The notes under the pieces were generated by a model that saw only the letters and a list, made by a program, of their open reading frames with translations, had not been told where the DNA came from and searched no databases. DNA of 64,000 nucleotides from Candidatus Krumholzibacteriia bacterium (GTDB lineage: Bacteria > Krumholzibacteriota > Krumholzibacteriia > LZORAL124-64-63). The translations under genes and the position numbers were made by a program. The stretch lies in contig JANTFX010000003.1 of assembly GCA_024763215.1 (NCBI GenBank), positions 3,519 through 67,518 on the forward strand, read 5' to 3'. Of this stretch, positions 62,478 to 64,000 are shown piece after piece. The number at the start of each line of letters is the position of its first letter. The first letter of the stretch is position 1.

Positions 62478-63743
62478 ATGATGATCCGGCATGCGCGAAT
62501 TTTCTTGCGGATCCTGCCTTTGCTTTTGCCGGTCCTCGGGCTTTGCGGCTGCAAGGATGATCCGGTGGAAATCAGGGCCCCGGGCGAGTTGCGGGGCACG
62601 GTGCGGTCGGCTGACGGCACGCCCGTGTCCGGAGCCTCGGTGTATCTGGCCCAACCGCCCTTGTATTTCGGTTCGGAAGTGCCCGTGGTCATTGATTCCA
62701 TGGCCACCGACGGCAGCGGCCGCTATGCCTTCGGTGAGCTGGAAGACCAGAACCTGCTCGTGTATGCGGGTCAGTGGGATTCCCATGATGATGATTTTTC
62801 CGCCGTCAGCCCCTTCAGCGCTCCCTTCAGTTTTCCCTCCCCTTCCGGCCGGCAGGTCTGGGACCCGGTCCTGACCGGCGTCGTGCACGACGGGGTGGTC
62901 TCCGGCAAGGTCCTGACCTTCGACGGCACCCAGTGGATCGCCGCCGACAGCGTGGAGGTGACCGTCGAGCGCTACCTCGGGGGGCAGTTCGTGGTCGCGG
63001 GCCAGTCCACTTCCGGTGTGAGCGGCGACTATGCCGTGGCGGGTCTCCCCACGGCCAACTGCATCGTCCATGGGAGGAAGGTCATCGCCTGTGACGGACC
63101 CTTCCCCGCCGTTCTGGTCGGAGAAGCGGGACCGTTTTTCTGCGACGGGAGCACGCTGGCGCGTGCGCCGGAGCTGCGCCTGTACGATATGGCAGTGGAA
63201 AAGCCCGCCATCTATATCTACCCCGCCACCGCGGGCAGATACCGTGTGAGCCTGAACCTGAATTCCAGGGTGCGCATCACGCGCAGCGAGCCCGCGTACG
63301 GTGCCGGTTGGGACGTGTTCATCGCCGAGGGCGGTCGCATCGACGGCCGCTGGGATTACCTGTTCTATGAGGCGGCTCTGCAGGGCGTGCCGCTGCTGGA
63401 TGAAGGCTGGTGCCTGCCGGCTGGGGACCGGGCCCCGGAGCTGCGGCGGATCGTTCGTCAGCTGGGGTTGGACGAAAATGAGGCCGAGGATTTTCTGGCC
63501 TACTGGTTGCCTCGTCTGCCCCGGTCGCCCTGGCTGACGGTCAAACCCTTGCTGGGGGCGGGGCTGGATCACCTGGTGGCCGTCCGGGCCGACCCGGCGC
63601 CCGATAGCGTGCGGCGCTTCTGGTTGCTGTTCAGTGCCGGGGATCGGGAGGTGGCCCTGCCCGCGCCGGTGGTGGCGCCCTTCGTCAGGCGCGGCACGGT
63701 GCTGGTCGAATGGGGTGGCCTGGTCGTCTCGCCCCTGCCTTGA
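62478..63743 (+). CDS. Lipoprotein with carboxypeptidase-regulatory-like N-terminal domain(s), function unknown
   Basis: ORF track 62478..63743 (+). Lipobox LLPVLGLCGC-KDD. GTVRSADGTPVSGASVYL (CarboxypepD_reg-like). Confidence 0.75.
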   Translation: MMIRHARIFLRILPLLLPVLGLCGCKDDPVEIRAPGELRGTVRSADGTPVSGASVYLAQPPLYFGSEVPVVIDSMATDGSGRYAFGELEDQNLLVYAGQWDSHDDDFSAVSPFSAPFSFPSPSGRQVWDPVLTGVVHDGVVSGKVLTFDGTQWIAADSVEVTVERYLGGQFVVAGQSTSGVSGDYAVAGLPTANCIVHGRKVIACDGPFPAVLVGEAGPFFCDGSTLARAPELRLYDMAVEKPAIYIYPATAGRYRVSLNLNSRVRITRSEPAYGAGWDVFIAEGGRIDGRWDYLFYEAALQGVPLLDEGWCLPAGDRAPELRRIVRQLGLDENEAEDFLAYWLPRLPRSPWLTVKPLLGAGLDHLVAVRADPAPDSVRRFWLLFSAGDREVALPAPVVAPFVRRGTVLVEWGGLVVSPLP

Positions 63744-63756
63744 TCCCGGCTTACCC

Positions 63757-64000
63757 TCAGCGCGCGAGCAGGAGCTTGCGCGCCTCGCTGTAGGCTCCTG
63801 CGCGCAATCCCACCAGGTACATGCCCGAGGGCACCGAGCGTCCGGCGGCGTCACGCCCGTCCCAGACGACGGCCTGCCGGCCGGCCTGCAGCATGTCGTC
63901 GAGCAGCACGGCGATCTCCCGCCCGCGCACATCGAAGATCGAAAGCCGGCAGGATGCCTCGTGCTGCAGCTCGAAGGAGATTTCGGTGCGGGGGTTGAAG
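63757..64000 (-). CDS. C-terminal 81 codons of a secreted protein ending in a FlgD-Ig-type domain; 5' part beyond the window
   Basis: Own minus-strand translation: ...FNPRTEISFELQHEASCRLSIFDVRGREIAVLLDDMLQAGRQAVVWDGRDAAGRSVPSGMYLVGLRAGAYSEARKLLLAR*. Stop at 63759-63757. Not in the ORF track (no start in the window). Confidence 0.75.
   Translation of the reverse strand, partial: FNPRTEISFELQHEASCRLSIFDVRGREIAVLLDDMLQAGRQAVVWDGRDAAGRSVPSGMYLVGLRAGAYSEARKLLLAR

Noticed and set aside
59972-62707. 911-aa minus-strand ORF antisense to icmF
   Set aside because: The plus strand carries an unmistakable IcmF (B12 domain, P-loop, mutase domain). The antisense product is low-complexity (Gly/Arg/Val/His/Asp-rich) with no motifs.

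Overview
High-GC (by eye about two-thirds G+C), gene-dense chromosomal segment from a Gram-negative bacterium. I call about 60 protein genes. I recognised no rRNA, tRNA, CRISPR array, transposase, integrase or phage genes. Secreted proteins carrying FlgD-Ig-type C-terminal domains, together with PorV/FadL-like barrels, suggest an FCB-superphylum-like lineage; this is inference only. Content from left to right: (a) an Spt-like/GNAT-like/SDR trio, a candidate sphingolipid module; (b) an AMMECR1+Memo pair, STAS, Nudix and Mrp; (c) a sulfatase-fold protein and a PtsN-like EIIA; (d) a CARDB-like lipoprotein; (e) an insulated five-gene envelope operon of LTD surface protein, two PorV/FadL-like barrels, a ComEA-HhH::beta-barrel fusion and a 5'-nucleotidase; (f) a stand-alone ClpB-D2-type AAA+ protein, a second EIIA with a zinc-ribbon protein, and rsgA; (g) a GT9 heptosyltransferase, an M50 protease and IHF/HU; (h) ltaE-nadE-rsmI-CDP-alcohol transferase-tmk-ctp; (i) a DEAD-box helicase coupled to a desaturase; (j) NfeD-SPFH-PilZ; (k) a homogentisate operon, hppD-hmgA-unknown-fahA-aacS, followed by an S46 peptidase; (l) metK with a transsulfuration enzyme; (m) a doubled ABC module, mpg and an M16 protease pair; (n) an AT-rich island, IcmF and lipoproteins. 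The items most worth a second look are the envelope operon at 10.3-19.5 kb (candidate extracellular nucleic-acid capture/scavenging system), the uncharacterised gene at the maleylacetoacetate-isomerase position (39954-40928), the AT-rich island with a near-consensus promoter and a structured transcript (57.7-58.1 kb), and the ceramide-type trio at the left edge. Start codons were refined by hand from the ORF track using SD spacing and stop/start overlaps, and they remain uncertain. Functional calls rest on motifs I recognise by eye, not on database searches. Many very long antisense ORFs in the track are high-GC artefacts.
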